Shown here in pieces: positions 24,602 through 37,176 of a DNA stretch of 64,000 nucleotides. The translations under genes were made by a program, and so were the position numbers. The stretch is from Mobula hypostoma. Lineage: Eukaryota. The DNA lies in NCBI RefSeq assembly GCF_963921235.1, contig NC_086097.1, forward strand, positions 191,086,001 to 191,150,000. The letters run 5' to 3'. The notes below the pieces were generated by a model. The model searched no databases. It saw nothing but the letters and a program-made list of their open reading frames with translations, and was not told where the DNA came from. The first letter of the stretch is position 1. Every line of letters starts with the position of its first letter.

Positions 24602-26939
24602 GGGTCAGCACAACATTGTGAGCCGAAGGGCCTGTACTGTGCTGTACTATTCTATGTTCTATGTTCTATGTTAAACTTGTAGATATACTGCAAGAAACTG
24701 AAGTTAAGAATTCAGTTAACTGATACTTGAAAATAGGAATTATATTTGGTTTTCTAACTAACTAGAGATAAGTAAAAAAGAAAGTTTAGTCTGTAAACTT
24801 TTAAATAGGGAATAACACTAGATCTAATTAGTTGGAGAGATTTGGGTAATAGAGGAATCTCACTGATTCTAATTAAAAACGAATTTGTTGTTGTTTGATA
24901 TCTAGGATTTGGAACCTAAACAGATTGTTTGAATTTTGAATTGTTCTTGCTCATGTAAATATTTTGTACATACAGTATTGTTTTTTTTTTCTTTTAAACA
25001 AAACTTATCTTCAGAAGTGTGTGGTTTCTATTCATTGCCTCCTTCTGATACCTTGATTCTTCTGATGGCCTACTAGCACCTAATGTAATTTGATTTTCTC
25101 AGAGTGCAGTGACTGGTGGTACACAGGTGTTACATTTATTAGCCTCTAGTTTTGAGAAGAAGCGATATTATTTACAAATGGTATTTCTTGATTATGTTTG
25201 CATACGTTCTTAATCTATTATATATAGAAACAAATATGTGTGCTCCTATTTATTTGTTTCCATGTTTTAAATAAAAAGCATGTTGGCAAGGATATTTAGA
25301 TAGACTATTAAACATAGATTAAACTGACTCAAGGTGTGGTCTCACCAAGGCCATGTAAATTTACTGCAAAATATCATTGCTTCTATATGTGAACCACCCC
25401 ACTATGATGGCCCACATATGATTTGCCTGCTGTAACTACTTGCTTATTTTCAGTGCAATGTCATTCAAATATTATTGTATCTCTCCCTTTTCCAATCTAT
25501 CACCATTCAGATAATAACTACTCTCCTGTTACTGCTAATGAAGTATATATCCTCATATGTATCCAGAACATCCACCAGTGCGAAGAGCTAGGCCCCCCAG
25601 AGCTCCTGTGATACCGCACTGGTCACTGCCTGCCTCTTGGAAAAGATCCATTTAATCCTACTATTTGCTTCCAGTCAGCCAACCGGTCCCTATCTGTATC
25701 TACATCTTATGTCTTGCCCATTAACTTTGTATGCTAATGTCTTCTGTTTAAAAGGTCTGAGCACACCACGTCAACTGATTCATCCTTAACTATTCTTTTA
25801 AGATATATCCTCAAAAAAAATCCAGCAGGAGAATATGATAACTTAAATCCAAGCAGGAGGGAAATTGAGGAAACCTGGCTTGTCAGTCCCCTTGGGTAAA
25901 TACATTATTTCAAGGATTACTCATGGTTTATTTCTGTGGTGCTAAAATAACTCTTAAAATTAAGTGTTACATTAAAGGGGGAAGATGTTCCTGCTTTAGG
26001 AACAACTGAAGACTCAGAAATAAAACAAATATAACATTACATCTGATTTGAAAAACTCTCTGTTTTCTTACATTCTAACTCAGTTTACTGCTGAATGCAA
26101 AATTTGCCATAGATAAATACTTAGCTGTGGATAGGTTTGTTGCAGAAACATATTCTTACCATAATTATCATAGTTCCTGCACATTCCTCCCATCCATTTA
26201 AAATTTTATTTCTCTTAATCCTACTCAAAAGACGAAGGTGATGATTGCTACCCTTCTATACAGTATATGAGCTACTATTCTCAAAGTAAACTACGTGAGG
26301 TCTTTCACAGCTGATTTGACCCAGGATTAATCATTGAAATATACAAGTCCTGCTTACAAATGTCAGCAAAAGCAAACACAGCAAACGATGAACACAGAGA
26401 GAACCTCAACGTATTTAACAAATTGCAAAGTTTTGCAAAATTTTACAGAACTGACTCATAATTTTAAAATCTAAAGTTACAGAAGTTCTTGTTTACCAAA
26501 TTATCAATTAACTTCATTTTAAATTTGGCCTTTAGCCTTGCCATTCAAAACCTAATATTACTTGAGCATATTCATATTTTAAGAGGTAGAAAATTAGTAA
26601 TGGACTATAGCTTTTATTACAAGGGAGAATCAAGATGTATTTTAGTGATTAGTTTTTGGTAGTTTCATTTTAATGACATTATAGAAGTACATGTGCCCAG
26701 AACATACTGTAGAATATAGAATCTTGAACGTAGAACTATACAACACTGAACAGGCTACTTGGCCCAAAATGTTGTGTCAATCTTGATGCCAATTTATAAT
26801 AAATGTCCTCCTCTCACTTATCATCCATCTCCCTCCGTTGTCTTCATACGTGTGTGTCAATCTAAAAGCCTCTTAGACTCCATCAAATAGCCTGCATCCA
26901 TTATTACACATTCTAATCCATTCCAGGCACCCACTCCCA

Positions 26940-28551
26940 GATCACATCGCGGCCTCTCTCCCAGATGAGCTCAATCACTTTTACACTTGGTTTGATGTTG
27001 CTAACTCTGAGCCTCCGAGGAAAGCCACTGCTACAAACTGCAACCTGATCATCTCTGAGGCTGAGGTACGCAGATATTTTCAATGTGTGGACAGTCGCAA
27101 GGTTGTGAGACCAGATGGCATCCAGGGCGAGTACTGGCAGGTGTGTTTACAGACATTTTTAATCTCTCCCTCCAGTGTAGCTTCAATTATCCACCATTGT
27201 CCCTGTACCAAAAGAGACCAAGGTAACACACCTGAACAGCAGGCGTCCTGTCACACTCACCTCAATAATAAGCAAATGCTTTGAGACGCTGGTCAAGGAT
27301 TACATCTGCAGCTTGCTACCACCCAATCTGGACCGCCTACAATTCAGCTACCGACACAACCAATCGACAGATGACACAGTAGCCACTGCTCTACATACCA
27401 TCCTTACACATCTGGAGAAGAAGGAAGCTTATGTGAGAATGCTGTTCTTGGACTACAGTTCAGCATTCAACACCATAGTTCCATCCAGGCTCGATAGGAA
27501 GCTCAGAGTCCTCGGCCTTGACCCTGCCTTGTGAAGCTGGATCCTGGACTTCCTGTCAGATCACCAGCTGGTGGTAAGAGTGGGCTCCCTCACCTCCAAC
27601 CCTCTGACTCTCAATACAGGAGCCCCTCAGAGCTATGTACTAAGTCCCCTCCTTTACTCCCTGTATACCCATGACTGTGTTGCCACCCACAGCTCTAATC
27701 TGCTAATTAAATTTGCTGACGACATCACATTGATTGGCCTAATCTCAAACAATAATGAGGTGGCCTACAGGGAAGAAGTCATCTCTCTGACACAGTGGTG
27801 TCAAGAAAACAACCTCTCCCTCAATGTCACAAAAACAAAGGAGCTGGTCGTGGATTACAGCAGGAATGGAGAGGGGCTAACCCTATTGACATCAGTGGAT
27901 CTGGGGTTGAGAGGGTTAACAGCAAAGTTCCTTGGCATCCACATCACCAAGGATCTCATGTGATCTGTACACACCAGCTGTGTGGTGAAAAAGGCACAAC
28001 AGTGCCTCTTTCACCTCAGACGGTTGAGGAAGTTTGGTATGGGCTCGCAAATCTCAAGAAATTTCTACAGGAGCACAATTGAGAGCATCCTGACTGGCTG
28101 CATCACTGCCTGGTATGGGAACAGTACTTCCCTCAACCACAGGACTCTGCAGCGAGTGGTGCTGACAGCCCAGTGCATCTGTACTTGTGAACTTCCCATG
28201 ATTCAGGACATTTACAAAGACAGGTGTGTGAAAAGGACCCAAAGGATTATTGGGGAGCCGAGCCACCCCAATCACAATCTATTCCAGCTGCTACCATCCA
28301 GGAAATGGTACTCCAGCATCAAAGCCAGGACCAACATGCTCCAGGACAGCTTCTTCCACCAGGCCATCAGACTGATTAACTCACGCTGATCTGAGTGTAT
28401 TTCTAAGTTACATTGACTATTCTATTTATTATAAATTATTATAAATTACTATGATTGCACATTGCACATTTGGATGGAGATGTAATGTAAAGATTTTTAC
28501 TCCTCATGTACGTGAAGGATGTAAGAAATAAAGTCAATTCAGTTCAATTCA
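26940..28551 (+). mobile_element. Rex1/Babar-type LINE, RT to 3' tail, decayed
   Basis: LQFSYRHNQSTDD, MLFLDYSSAFNTI, GAPQSYVLSPLL, KFADD, SFFHQAIRL; (AATTC)n-like tail. Confidence 0.87.
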
Positions 28552-28859
28552 TTATTCTCTATGTAATTAAAACATTGCTTCTCAATTTGCCTTTAAACTT
28601 TCCTCCATGTAACCCTAAAACCATCTCCTCTGCTTTTTAATATTTCTACGCTAGAGGATATATTCTGACTGTCTACTCTATTTCTGCCTATCATAATTTA
28701 AAAATAAAATTCTATTAGGTCTCTCCTCAGCCTCCTAAACTCTAAAGTGAACAAGCAGAGTATATATATGCATGTAGTTATTGAGATGCGGCTCGGAGTA
28801 GGCCCTTCTGACCCTTGGAGCCGCACCACCCAGCAATTCCCCGATTTAATCTGAGCATG

Positions 28860-31346
28860 AGCATGGGCCTATGGCGCAGAAGGGAAAAAGAGACAAGAGG
28901 TGAATGGTAGTGATAGGGGACTCAATAGTCATAGCAACAGCCAGGAGATTCAGTGGATGTGAACAGGATAACCAGAGGGTATGTTGCCTTTGAGCTGCCA
29001 GGGTCAGGGAAATCTCGGATAGCGTCCACAGCATTTTGGAGATGGAGAGGGAGCAGTCAGATGTCTTGGTACATATTGGTACCAATGACATAGGAAGGAA
29101 AAGTAAAGGAATCCTGAAGGGAGAATTTAAAGAGCTAGGCAGAAAGCTTTGAAGCAATATCTCCAGGGTAATAAATTTCTGGATTGCTATCTGTGCCACG
29201 CACCAGTGAGGGTAGAAACAGGATGATTTAGCAGATAAATGCATGGCTGAGAAGCTGGTGCAGGGGGCAGGGTTTCAGTTTCTTGGATCATTGGGATATT
29301 TTCTGGGGGAGGTACGACCTGTTCAAAAGTGACAGGTTGCACCTCAGCCTAAGGGGAACCAATATTCTCATGGGTAGGTATGAAAAAGCTGTTGTGGATT
29401 GTTTAAACTAATTTAGCAGGGGGCTTGGAGCTGGAGTGAAGTGATTCAGGATAGGTTAGATGGTTAAAAAAAGCAAAGATGATGTGGAGTCAGACTACTC
29501 GGGAGGGCAAGCATATGGTAGGACAAAATTGGGGTGAGTATCAGTGCATTAGGGATGCGGAATCAAAAAGGGTAGTAAATACAGTACTCAAAGTGTTACA
29601 TCTCAATGCATGGAGTATAAGAAATAAGGTGGATGACCTCGTTGCACTTTTACAGATTGTTGGGTATGATGTTGTTGCCATCGCTGAATCATCATTGAAG
29701 GATGGTGATAGTTGAATGTTCAAGGTTTCACATTGTATCAGAGAGATAGAAAGGTAGACAGGGTGGGTGGTGTGGCTCTGCTGGTAAAGAATGGAATTAA
29801 ATAATTCGAAAGATGTGAGGTAGGGAAAAAAAGTGCAGGGTGGATGTACTGTATTCCAAAAACAAAGAAATAACAAGTGGCAAAACTAATACAACTGTGT
29901 CTGACAAGGGAAGTCAAAGCTAATGTAAAAGCCAAAGTAAAGGCATACAACAAAACCAATTGTAGTGGGAAGATAGGAGATTGGAACTGGGAAGCTTTTA
30001 AAAAACCTCAGAAAGCAAATAAAAGAATCATTAGAAAGGAAAAGATGAAATGCGAAAGCAAGCTAGCAAACAATATCACAGCAGATAGAAAAAGTTTTTT
30101 CAAGTACAGTATATAAAAAACATGAGAGATGAGAGAGAATATAAATCCATTAGAAAATGAGGCCAGAGAGATAATAACATGCGACATGGAGATGGCAGAT
30201 GAACTGTATGAGAATTTGGCATCAATCTTCACTACGGAAGAGACTAGAAGTCTGCCAGGTGTTGAAGGGTGTGAGGGAAGAGAAGTGAGTGCAGTTACTT
30301 TTACAAGGTGCTCAAAAAGTCACCCGGACCAGATAAACCGCACCCTAAGGTTCTGATACAGGTAAAGTTAGAGACTGTGGAGGCATTAGTCATGATCTTT
30401 CAAGCATTATTGGACTCTGGCATGGTTCCAGAAGACTGGATAATTGCAAATGTCAATCTGCTCTTCAAGAAAAGAGGGAAGCAGCAGAAAGGAAACTATA
30501 GACCGGTTAGCCTGACCTCAGTGGTTGGGAAGATGTTGCAGTCAATTGTTAAGCATGAGGTTATGGAGTACTATTTGGTTACACAGAACAAGATAGGACA
30601 AAGTCAGTATGGCTTCCTTAAGGGAAAATCTTTCCTGGCGAACCTGTTGGAATTCTTTGAGGAGATTACAAGCAAAATAGATGAAGGGGATGCGGTGGAA
30701 GTTGTATATTTGGACTTGCGGAAGGCCTTTAACAAAGTGCCACTCATGAGGCTGCTTACCAAGTTAATAGTCCATGATATTACAGGAAAGTTACTAACAT
30801 GGTTAGAGTATTGGCTGATTAGTAGGAGGTAGTGAGTGGTGATAAAAGGATCCTTTTCTGGTTGGCTGCCAGTGATTGGTGGTGTTCTGCAGGGGTCAGT
30901 GTTGCTGAATGTTTGATGGCTCTGGGCCTGTACTCGCTGGAATTTATAAGGATGAGAAGGAATCTCATTGAAACATCTCGAATGTTGAAAGGCCTAGACA
31001 GAGTTGATGTGGAAAGGATGTTTTCCATGGTGGGGAGTCTAGAACAAAAGGGCATAGCCTCAGGATTGAGGGGCTTTCATTTAAAACAGAAATGCGGAGA
31101 AATTTCTTTAGCCGGAGGGTGGTGAATTTGTGGAATTTATTACCACAGGCATCTGTGGAGGCCAGGTCATTGGGTGTCTTTAAGGCGGAGATTGATGGGG
31201 TTTTGATTGGCCATGGTACCAAAAGTTACAAGGAGAAGGCTGGAGAGTGGGATTGAGGAGGGGAAAGAAGTATCAGCCATGATTGAAAGGTGGAACAGAA
31301 TCAATGGGCCAAGTAGCCTAATTCTGCTCCTATGTCTTATGGTCTT
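28860..31346 (+). mobile_element. CR1 LINE with several internal deletions
   Basis: ORF1 esterase, endonuclease start, RT (NYRPVSLTS) and TCTTATGGTCTT tail. Confidence 0.88.
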
Positions 31347-31527
31347 AATCCAAGACTAATCATGGGATAATTTACAAATAACCTACCAAACTGTACATCC
31401 TTTGGTCTGTGGAAGGAATCCTACGGGCTAATGGGGAGAATACACAAACTCCTTACAGGTAGTGGTGAGAATTGAACCCAGGTTGCACGTACTGTGAAGT
31501 GTTGTGCTAACCATTACACTATCGTAT
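31346..31527 (-). mobile_element. tRNA-derived SINE, 5' part; 3' part lies at about 28780-28858
   Basis: Minus strand A box TAGTGTAATGG and B box GGTTCAATTC; related copy at about 45120-45325. Confidence 0.7.
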
Positions 31528-31544
31528 CCAGCCTCATACCATGT

Positions 31545-31815
31545 CCTTTTAGTTCATACACTCTAAATCTGGCAGCATTCTGATAAATTTCTTCTGCACT
31601 CTCTCCACGTTCTCCACATCCTTCCTATAATGGAGTGACCAGAACTGTACACGGTACTCCAAGCCTGGTCTGACTGAAGTTTTACATAGCTGCAGCATGA
31701 CTTCCTTACTCCTATACTCAACATCCCTACCAAAGAAGACAAGCATGCCACATACCTTCTTTACCACCTTATACACTTGCAGTGAACTATGGGCCTGTAC
31801 TTCAAGATCGCTCTG
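31545..31815 (-). mobile_element. CR1 RT C-terminal fragment
   Basis: VRPGLEYRVQFWS..YRKDVE..ERVQKKF. Confidence 0.82.
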
Positions 31816-32289
31816 ATGGCTAAGACTGGGTATTTTATATTAAAGTGATTATTTGTGCTTAGCAAGGACAAACAGAAGAGGAGAATCTAGATAGCTGGGC
31901 CCTGTTTTCTTCAGAATGGAGAAGGCTGAAAGGGAACCTTTTTGAGGTAAACAAAATTATAAGGAACATGCGTAAGAAATCTTTATCCTTAGGAGAGCAG
32001 AGGTCATAATCAGGTTTATAATCACCGTTTTACATGACATGAAATTGATCATTTCGTGTCAACAGTACAGTGCAAAGTCATAAATGTTATTAATTACAAC
32101 ATAAATAAATAAGGCAAGAAAAGGAGCAATGAGATGGTGTTCTTAGATGGTGTGCAGATCTCCAGGCCCTGTACAACCTCCTAGCTGTTATTAACAAGAA
32201 AGCAACATGTCCCAGATGGTGAGGCTCCTTACTTATTGATGCCACTTTTTAGAAGAAGCACCTCTTGAACTGCTCTTAATATCTTTGAA

Positions 32290-32346
32290 AAAATAAAAAT
32301 AAATAAATAAATAAATAAATAAGTGTGTGTGTGTGTGTGTGTGTGT
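32290..32346. repeat. (TAAA)n followed by (GT)n microsatellite
   Basis: Direct inspection. Confidence 0.95.
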
Positions 32347-32695
32347 TTACTGTGCAAAAATCTTAGGTGGAGTGCTGTGGGAGGGGTGTGGGACAGATGG
32401 CAGGAAGGTGTGCCAAGGGTGGGGAATGGTGTGGATGCAGACACACCAAGCCCTGAGGCACCAGGCAAGCTTATTTGAAAACAAACAATTGGTTTATTGA
32501 TCATTACAGAATGTCCCTTTGGTGCTTCCTGGTCCTTCCCCTCTCCGTTCCCCTTTTCCCAACATGATTCCCCTCTCCCAGCCCCCTCTCCACTCTTAGT
32601 TCATCATATCATGTCAGAATCAGGTTTATCATCACTAACATATATCATGATTTATTTTTGCAATACTTTTTGCAGTGCAATACATAAAATTTCTA

Positions 32696-32765
32696 CAGTA
32701 CTACACTAAAGTCTTAGGCACCCTAGATAGATTACATATACACCTAAGACTCTTGCAAAGTACTG
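32696..32765. mobile_element. 70-bp Tc1-type hairpin MITE
   Basis: CAGTACT...AGTCTTAGG and CCTAAGACT...AGTACTG inverted ends, TA on both sides; further half-copy at about 32349-32368. Confidence 0.65.
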
Positions 32766-32949
32766 TAGATTTAGTATAGATAGATAAATGATGATTGATG
32801 CAGACACAGTGAGCCTATGGACCTGTTTGCATGCTTTATGACTTTATAATAATGAAATGGAATTGTGGGGCATGGAGGGTGCACACTAATAATAAAAGAT
32901 TACACAACACAGTAGTTATTGTTTCCTCTAGCTGTAGAGCTTCGAATTA

Positions 32950-33270
32950 CGAGGGGTGATTGATAAGTTTGTGGCCTAAGGTAGAAGGACTCAATTTTAG
33001 AAAACCTAGCACATTTACTTTTCAACATTGTCTCCTCCTACATTTACACACTTAGTCCAGCAGTCGTGGAGCATAAGGATCTTGGACCTCCAGAAAGTGT
33101 CCACAGCAGGGGTTATTGATAAGTTCGTGGCCTAAGGTAGAGGGAGATGAGTTATACAGCTCTCAGTACATGCACCCGCAGTTCAACGCTTTGAGTGATT
33201 ATGCAGGAAGTTTGAAGTTAATAACTCATCTCCTCCTACCCTGGGCCACGAACTTATCAATCAACCCTTG
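32950..33270. mobile_element. Mariner-type MITE with three TIR-like units
   Basis: TA-CGAGGGGTGATTGATAAGTT...AACTTATCAATCAACCCTTG-TA, with an internal TIR copy at about 33108-33142. Confidence 0.85.
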
Positions 33271-33747
33271 TATAGGAATATTCTCAGGATAATAGGTCTA
33301 TAATGTAGAATGAATTAAGATGAAATTTATTTACCCAAGGAGTGGTAACTTTTGGAATTAACACCTAAGAAGCCTGTGGATGCTTAGTCATTCTTACATT
33401 CTTTGTGATAAAACTCTTGAAAGATCAGGAAGTAGAATCAATAAGATTGTAAATGATATGCAACAGAAACATCAGTGGAAAGTTTTTATATCTCCCCTTA
33501 TAGTAAGTTTGGAGATGGTGTTTATTAAAAGTAAGGGAAGTTTAATCGGAATAAAATAATCATAGTAGAATAGAATACAAAGTGTTTTATTCACTCCATT
33601 TGTCAGGGATGTTTGGAAGATATTTATTAAAAGCATTTTGCACTGATTGTCCAGACTTCGGCGAAAACATGTCCCACTAAGAGAAGTGCGACCACCATTG
33701 AAAATTAGTAACATTTTCTTATTTCAAATAATCAGGGTTGATCATCT

Positions 33748-36431
33748 GAGGGTCTTTTGCGCAAATGCAACATTTTTTCATATGTTTGTTTTTAATTATA
33801 TAAATCATATGATTATATGATAGCCCAGTACCCACAAAATCAGTTGTCCCCAGACAAGAGATTATCATTTCAATTTGATAAAAAAAGTGTGAAAAAAATC
33901 ATTTTAAATGTATAATATATATGCCAGATGAAAGATAGAGTGAAAAACCTCCTTAAAACTAAAAGCAGTGATTTTTCAAAAATATTTACTTTTATTTTGT
34001 GGTTGCTCAAAATGTGTCCCAAGTTTTTGTCAGCACCGTCAGATATTTATAAAAAAAGCAATAAAATCAGGCAACCACATGGTCAACTAATTCCTGAGGA
34101 CCTCCTTTCCACCCTTGACATCTGCTAAATGCAACAAGGTCAAACAAGCTCCTGTAAGTTTGCTATTTTTTCAATAATTTTTGCATATTTATTGATGTTA
34201 CCACTGTCACAACCATGATGTGTCAACACTGTCTCTTTGGTATAGAAAGAATTATTTTAAATTATGTCATAAATATTTGCATTTTAAGTAGAGGCCAGAG
34301 GTAGCTAACAACAGAGGGAAAACAAGATGGCTCCTGTATACAACTCATGCATGTGATGTAAAAAAGTGTGTGTATGTCACTACCGTCGGACATCAATGCC
34401 GTCAGGTTTTCTGTGTGACAGTGGTGACACATGGTTTGATAGTTTTCTGTGTAACAGTGGTGACACATGGTTTGACAAAAACATCCAAAGCATCCTCAAT
34501 GGAGGCTTGAATATAATTTATGATCACAATAAATAGTAATATGGCTTGTAATGTTTCATTAACCTCTTTATTTATAATATACATAATTTCCCCTTTATTT
34601 CTTCCACACACAGGCCTATAATATTTCCTTGCTATATGTATCCCCAATGACTAAAACCATAAATAAATTTAGTTGCACCATTTCATAATCATTTTATAAA
34701 ATTTCACCAAATTAAACATAATTAAATTCATAATGATTTTGCACAATTTCATAGTAATTCCATTAAATTCTGACCTTCCTTTTATGTATTTTAGGAAGCT
34801 ATGGCTAGGCAGCAGCTATCAGTGGAGAAGCAAAGGAGAAGAAACAGGGAATACTAAAAAAAATGGAGAGAGAGAAAATATATAGTGAGCCAGAGTTAAA
34901 GGAGGAATACCTGAAAAAGGAAAAGCAAAGATGGAAGAAGAGAGTAGAGGATGGGAAGATAAAAACTATCAGTGATTTGAATGAAAGGGAAAAGAGGAGT
35001 AAGAGAAAGGCGTGGAAACGTAGGCAGAAAGAGTCAACAGAGCGTAAGAGAAAGGGCCCAGAACGCCCAGAAACTCCCCAGATAGTCTATTGGATCAGAC
35101 TATACAGGAGCCAGCTCGCAGTAGGAATCTATAGCAGGGGAAAGGGAAAGAAAGAAAACAAGAACAAGATACTTGAGAGAGATGAAAGCTTTGAAAAATA
35201 AACTTCAAGAGATAATAAAAGATAGGAACAAACTGAAGAAGTGTTGGTGACGAGAGCAATCTAGAAATGCGACAGATATATCTGCTGGTGTCATTAATTG
35301 TGGAGATTAGCTTGCAGTCACTTATAACCAAAATTAGTGGTTTGCAAAGGCTGTCAATGTGGATGCTTATCATCAAGATGTTCAAGTGGAATTTTTCCAC
35401 CCTCATGGGCCCAACACACACTTCCATCCAAAACCAGATGGAAAGGATATGTGCTTCATACCAGTTGAAGATATTCTGGTCAGACTGATGGAGCCATCAT
35501 CACCAGCTCGTGCAAGCAGGACGAGGGAAATCTACCACCTGTCTGCTGAAGTCATGGACTTCACAGAGGAGGAGCATATTAATCGTCTAATTCCGATAAA
35601 GCTTTTTGAAGATTTTCAAACCCAGAAATGGATGGATTTTTTTTTTAGTTCCTGGTGTGTTTTCTGCTGTTTATCCTTAAACATTGCAGTTGTACTGTAG
35701 TTTTTATTTTGCTGTTTACTGTTGTTGTTAATATTTACAGAAGGATAAAATGTACATGACAAATTGTTATTTGTTGTACCAAATTGTTAAATAAAGTTGA
35801 TACGCGAGGAAGCATTGACTTGAGTGGTGAAAAGGTTGGAATTGTTTGTTGTGATTAGGCCACTGCCACCACTGTCAGGTCTCAGTCACCACCGTCAGAT
35901 GGAACTTACTTTGTTTTAAATTAATATGCTTACAATCTGCTCCTCCAAAATGGTTGATTTATTAAAGTATTTTTTAATTAAAAATGTGTTTTTTATGTCC
36001 AAAATTGTTATTTTGTATATTTAATGCTAGTGATAAAAGTTGCATGTTGTAAGAGTTTTTAAAGGGGTACATGTGAAATAGTATAAAAAATGAACAAAAG
36101 TGAATATTCGACATTTAACAGCATATATGTGTTCTTATGGTGTAGACACAATGATCTAAAAGCTCTTAATCTATATAAGACAAAATAAATAGGAATAATT
36201 AGCTTTCAATTGTGTCTGACTATGTTGACAAAAACTAAATAATGACAGAAAAAACATATTTTATGAAAAAAATACAAAATCAGGAAGTTGCACCAAAATA
36301 TTGCTTGATTGCTGAGACCTTATTCTATAGACATATGAGTTTAGATATCTTAACATTTACATTTTTTCCTTTTCAAAATTAAAACCTGTTTTATCCAAAT
36401 TCTCAAGAATAATTTCATGGACTAAAACTTC
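33748..36431 (+). mobile_element. Putative internally deleted DNA transposon (possibly Sola2-like); boundaries uncertain
   Basis: AT-rich arms with repeated GTCACCACTGTC-type 12-mers flank a broken ORF (34801-35600) that has a charged helical N-terminus and a small beta-domain-like C-terminus; no catalytic core and no clean TIR or TSD seen. Confidence 0.45.
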
Positions 36432-36483
36432 AGGGTACCAATGAGGGAATAGAATAGTTTAACAAATGGTTCAGAAAATAATA

Positions 36484-37129
36484 TGTAGGGCTCTCAGTAA
36501 TACTAGATGGACTGTTAACTGTTAATCGCTTATTACCAAAATGGCTTCTCTGAAGTGTTATATTAAAATGGCTTCTCGTACTGTTAACTGCTAAGCAAGG
36601 GGTTCTCTGTAACAGCAATGTTTGGGTTATACAATGTGATAATGGAAACTGTATTCATTTGTTAACCAATGGAAGTCATGTTCTGTTATCTTGTATATGC
36701 GTGCTGAGTTGAGGAGCGCAGGCTTTTTCAGGAGGGGAGCAGAGAGGACAGACATATAGGGAACGGACAGCAGTTCCAGGGCGGTGGATACCGGACCTTG
36801 GGGGTTTGGATGGTGTGGCTGGAGTCTCAGAAGGACGTTGTGGATGGAATCGGAGGTGTGAGCTCCAACGTATTAAAATATTATGTGCACAAGACTGATA
36901 AGTTATTTATGTGGTGTCTTTTCTTTTAGTTGTTGCTACTAACCCATCACCAAACTTTGCTATAAAGTATAATTCTTTACTCGCACTTCGTATATTGTTT
37001 CATATTTGTGTCATGGCTGATCATTGGGCGACTCACACCGTATCCACACCAAAGCATTTGCACTGTTTGGCCGGGTCAACTGCTATCCACCCTAGGCAAT
37101 GGGAGTCAGTTGGGGCAGAGGCCATTACA
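36484..37129 (+). repeat. Gypsy 5' LTR related to 51143-51754, internal region lost
   Basis: TG...CA ends; shared blocks AATGGCTTCT, CAGCAATGTTTGGGTTAT, GAGCTCCAAC, TGTGCACA; followed by a PBS. Confidence 0.8.
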
Positions 37130-37132
37130 CTG

Positions 37133-37150
37133 TGGGAGCTCATCCGGGAT
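37133..37150 (+). promoter_or_regulatory. tRNA-Pro primer-binding site
   Basis: TGGGAGCTCATCCGGGAT matches 16 of 18 bases of the canonical TGGGGGCTCGTCCGGGAT. Confidence 0.85.
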
Positions 37151-37176
37151 TTGAATTCTGTCAGGATAAGACAGGG

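Larger units (their letters stand above)
20521..24672 (+). mobile_element. Near-full-length CR1 LINE
   Basis: 5' UTR, ORF1, ORF2 and (TTCTATG)n tail; possible degraded TSD TGTTAAACT..TGTA.ATATA at 20501-20520 and 24669-24687. Confidence 0.95.

Noticed and set aside
26160..26220. Possible 61-nt minus-strand exon (IKRNKILNGWEECAGTMIIM)
   Set aside because: Good donor but weak acceptor, not frame-preserving, peptide not recognised.
31440..31527. tRNA-like A and B boxes
   Set aside because: They are the head of a SINE joined to SINE body sequence; no intact cloverleaf.
32950..33270. Repeated units of about 35 bp separated by spacers, superficially CRISPR-like
   Set aside because: Units are in mixed orientation, TA-flanked and match mariner-type TIRs; eukaryotic context and no cas genes.
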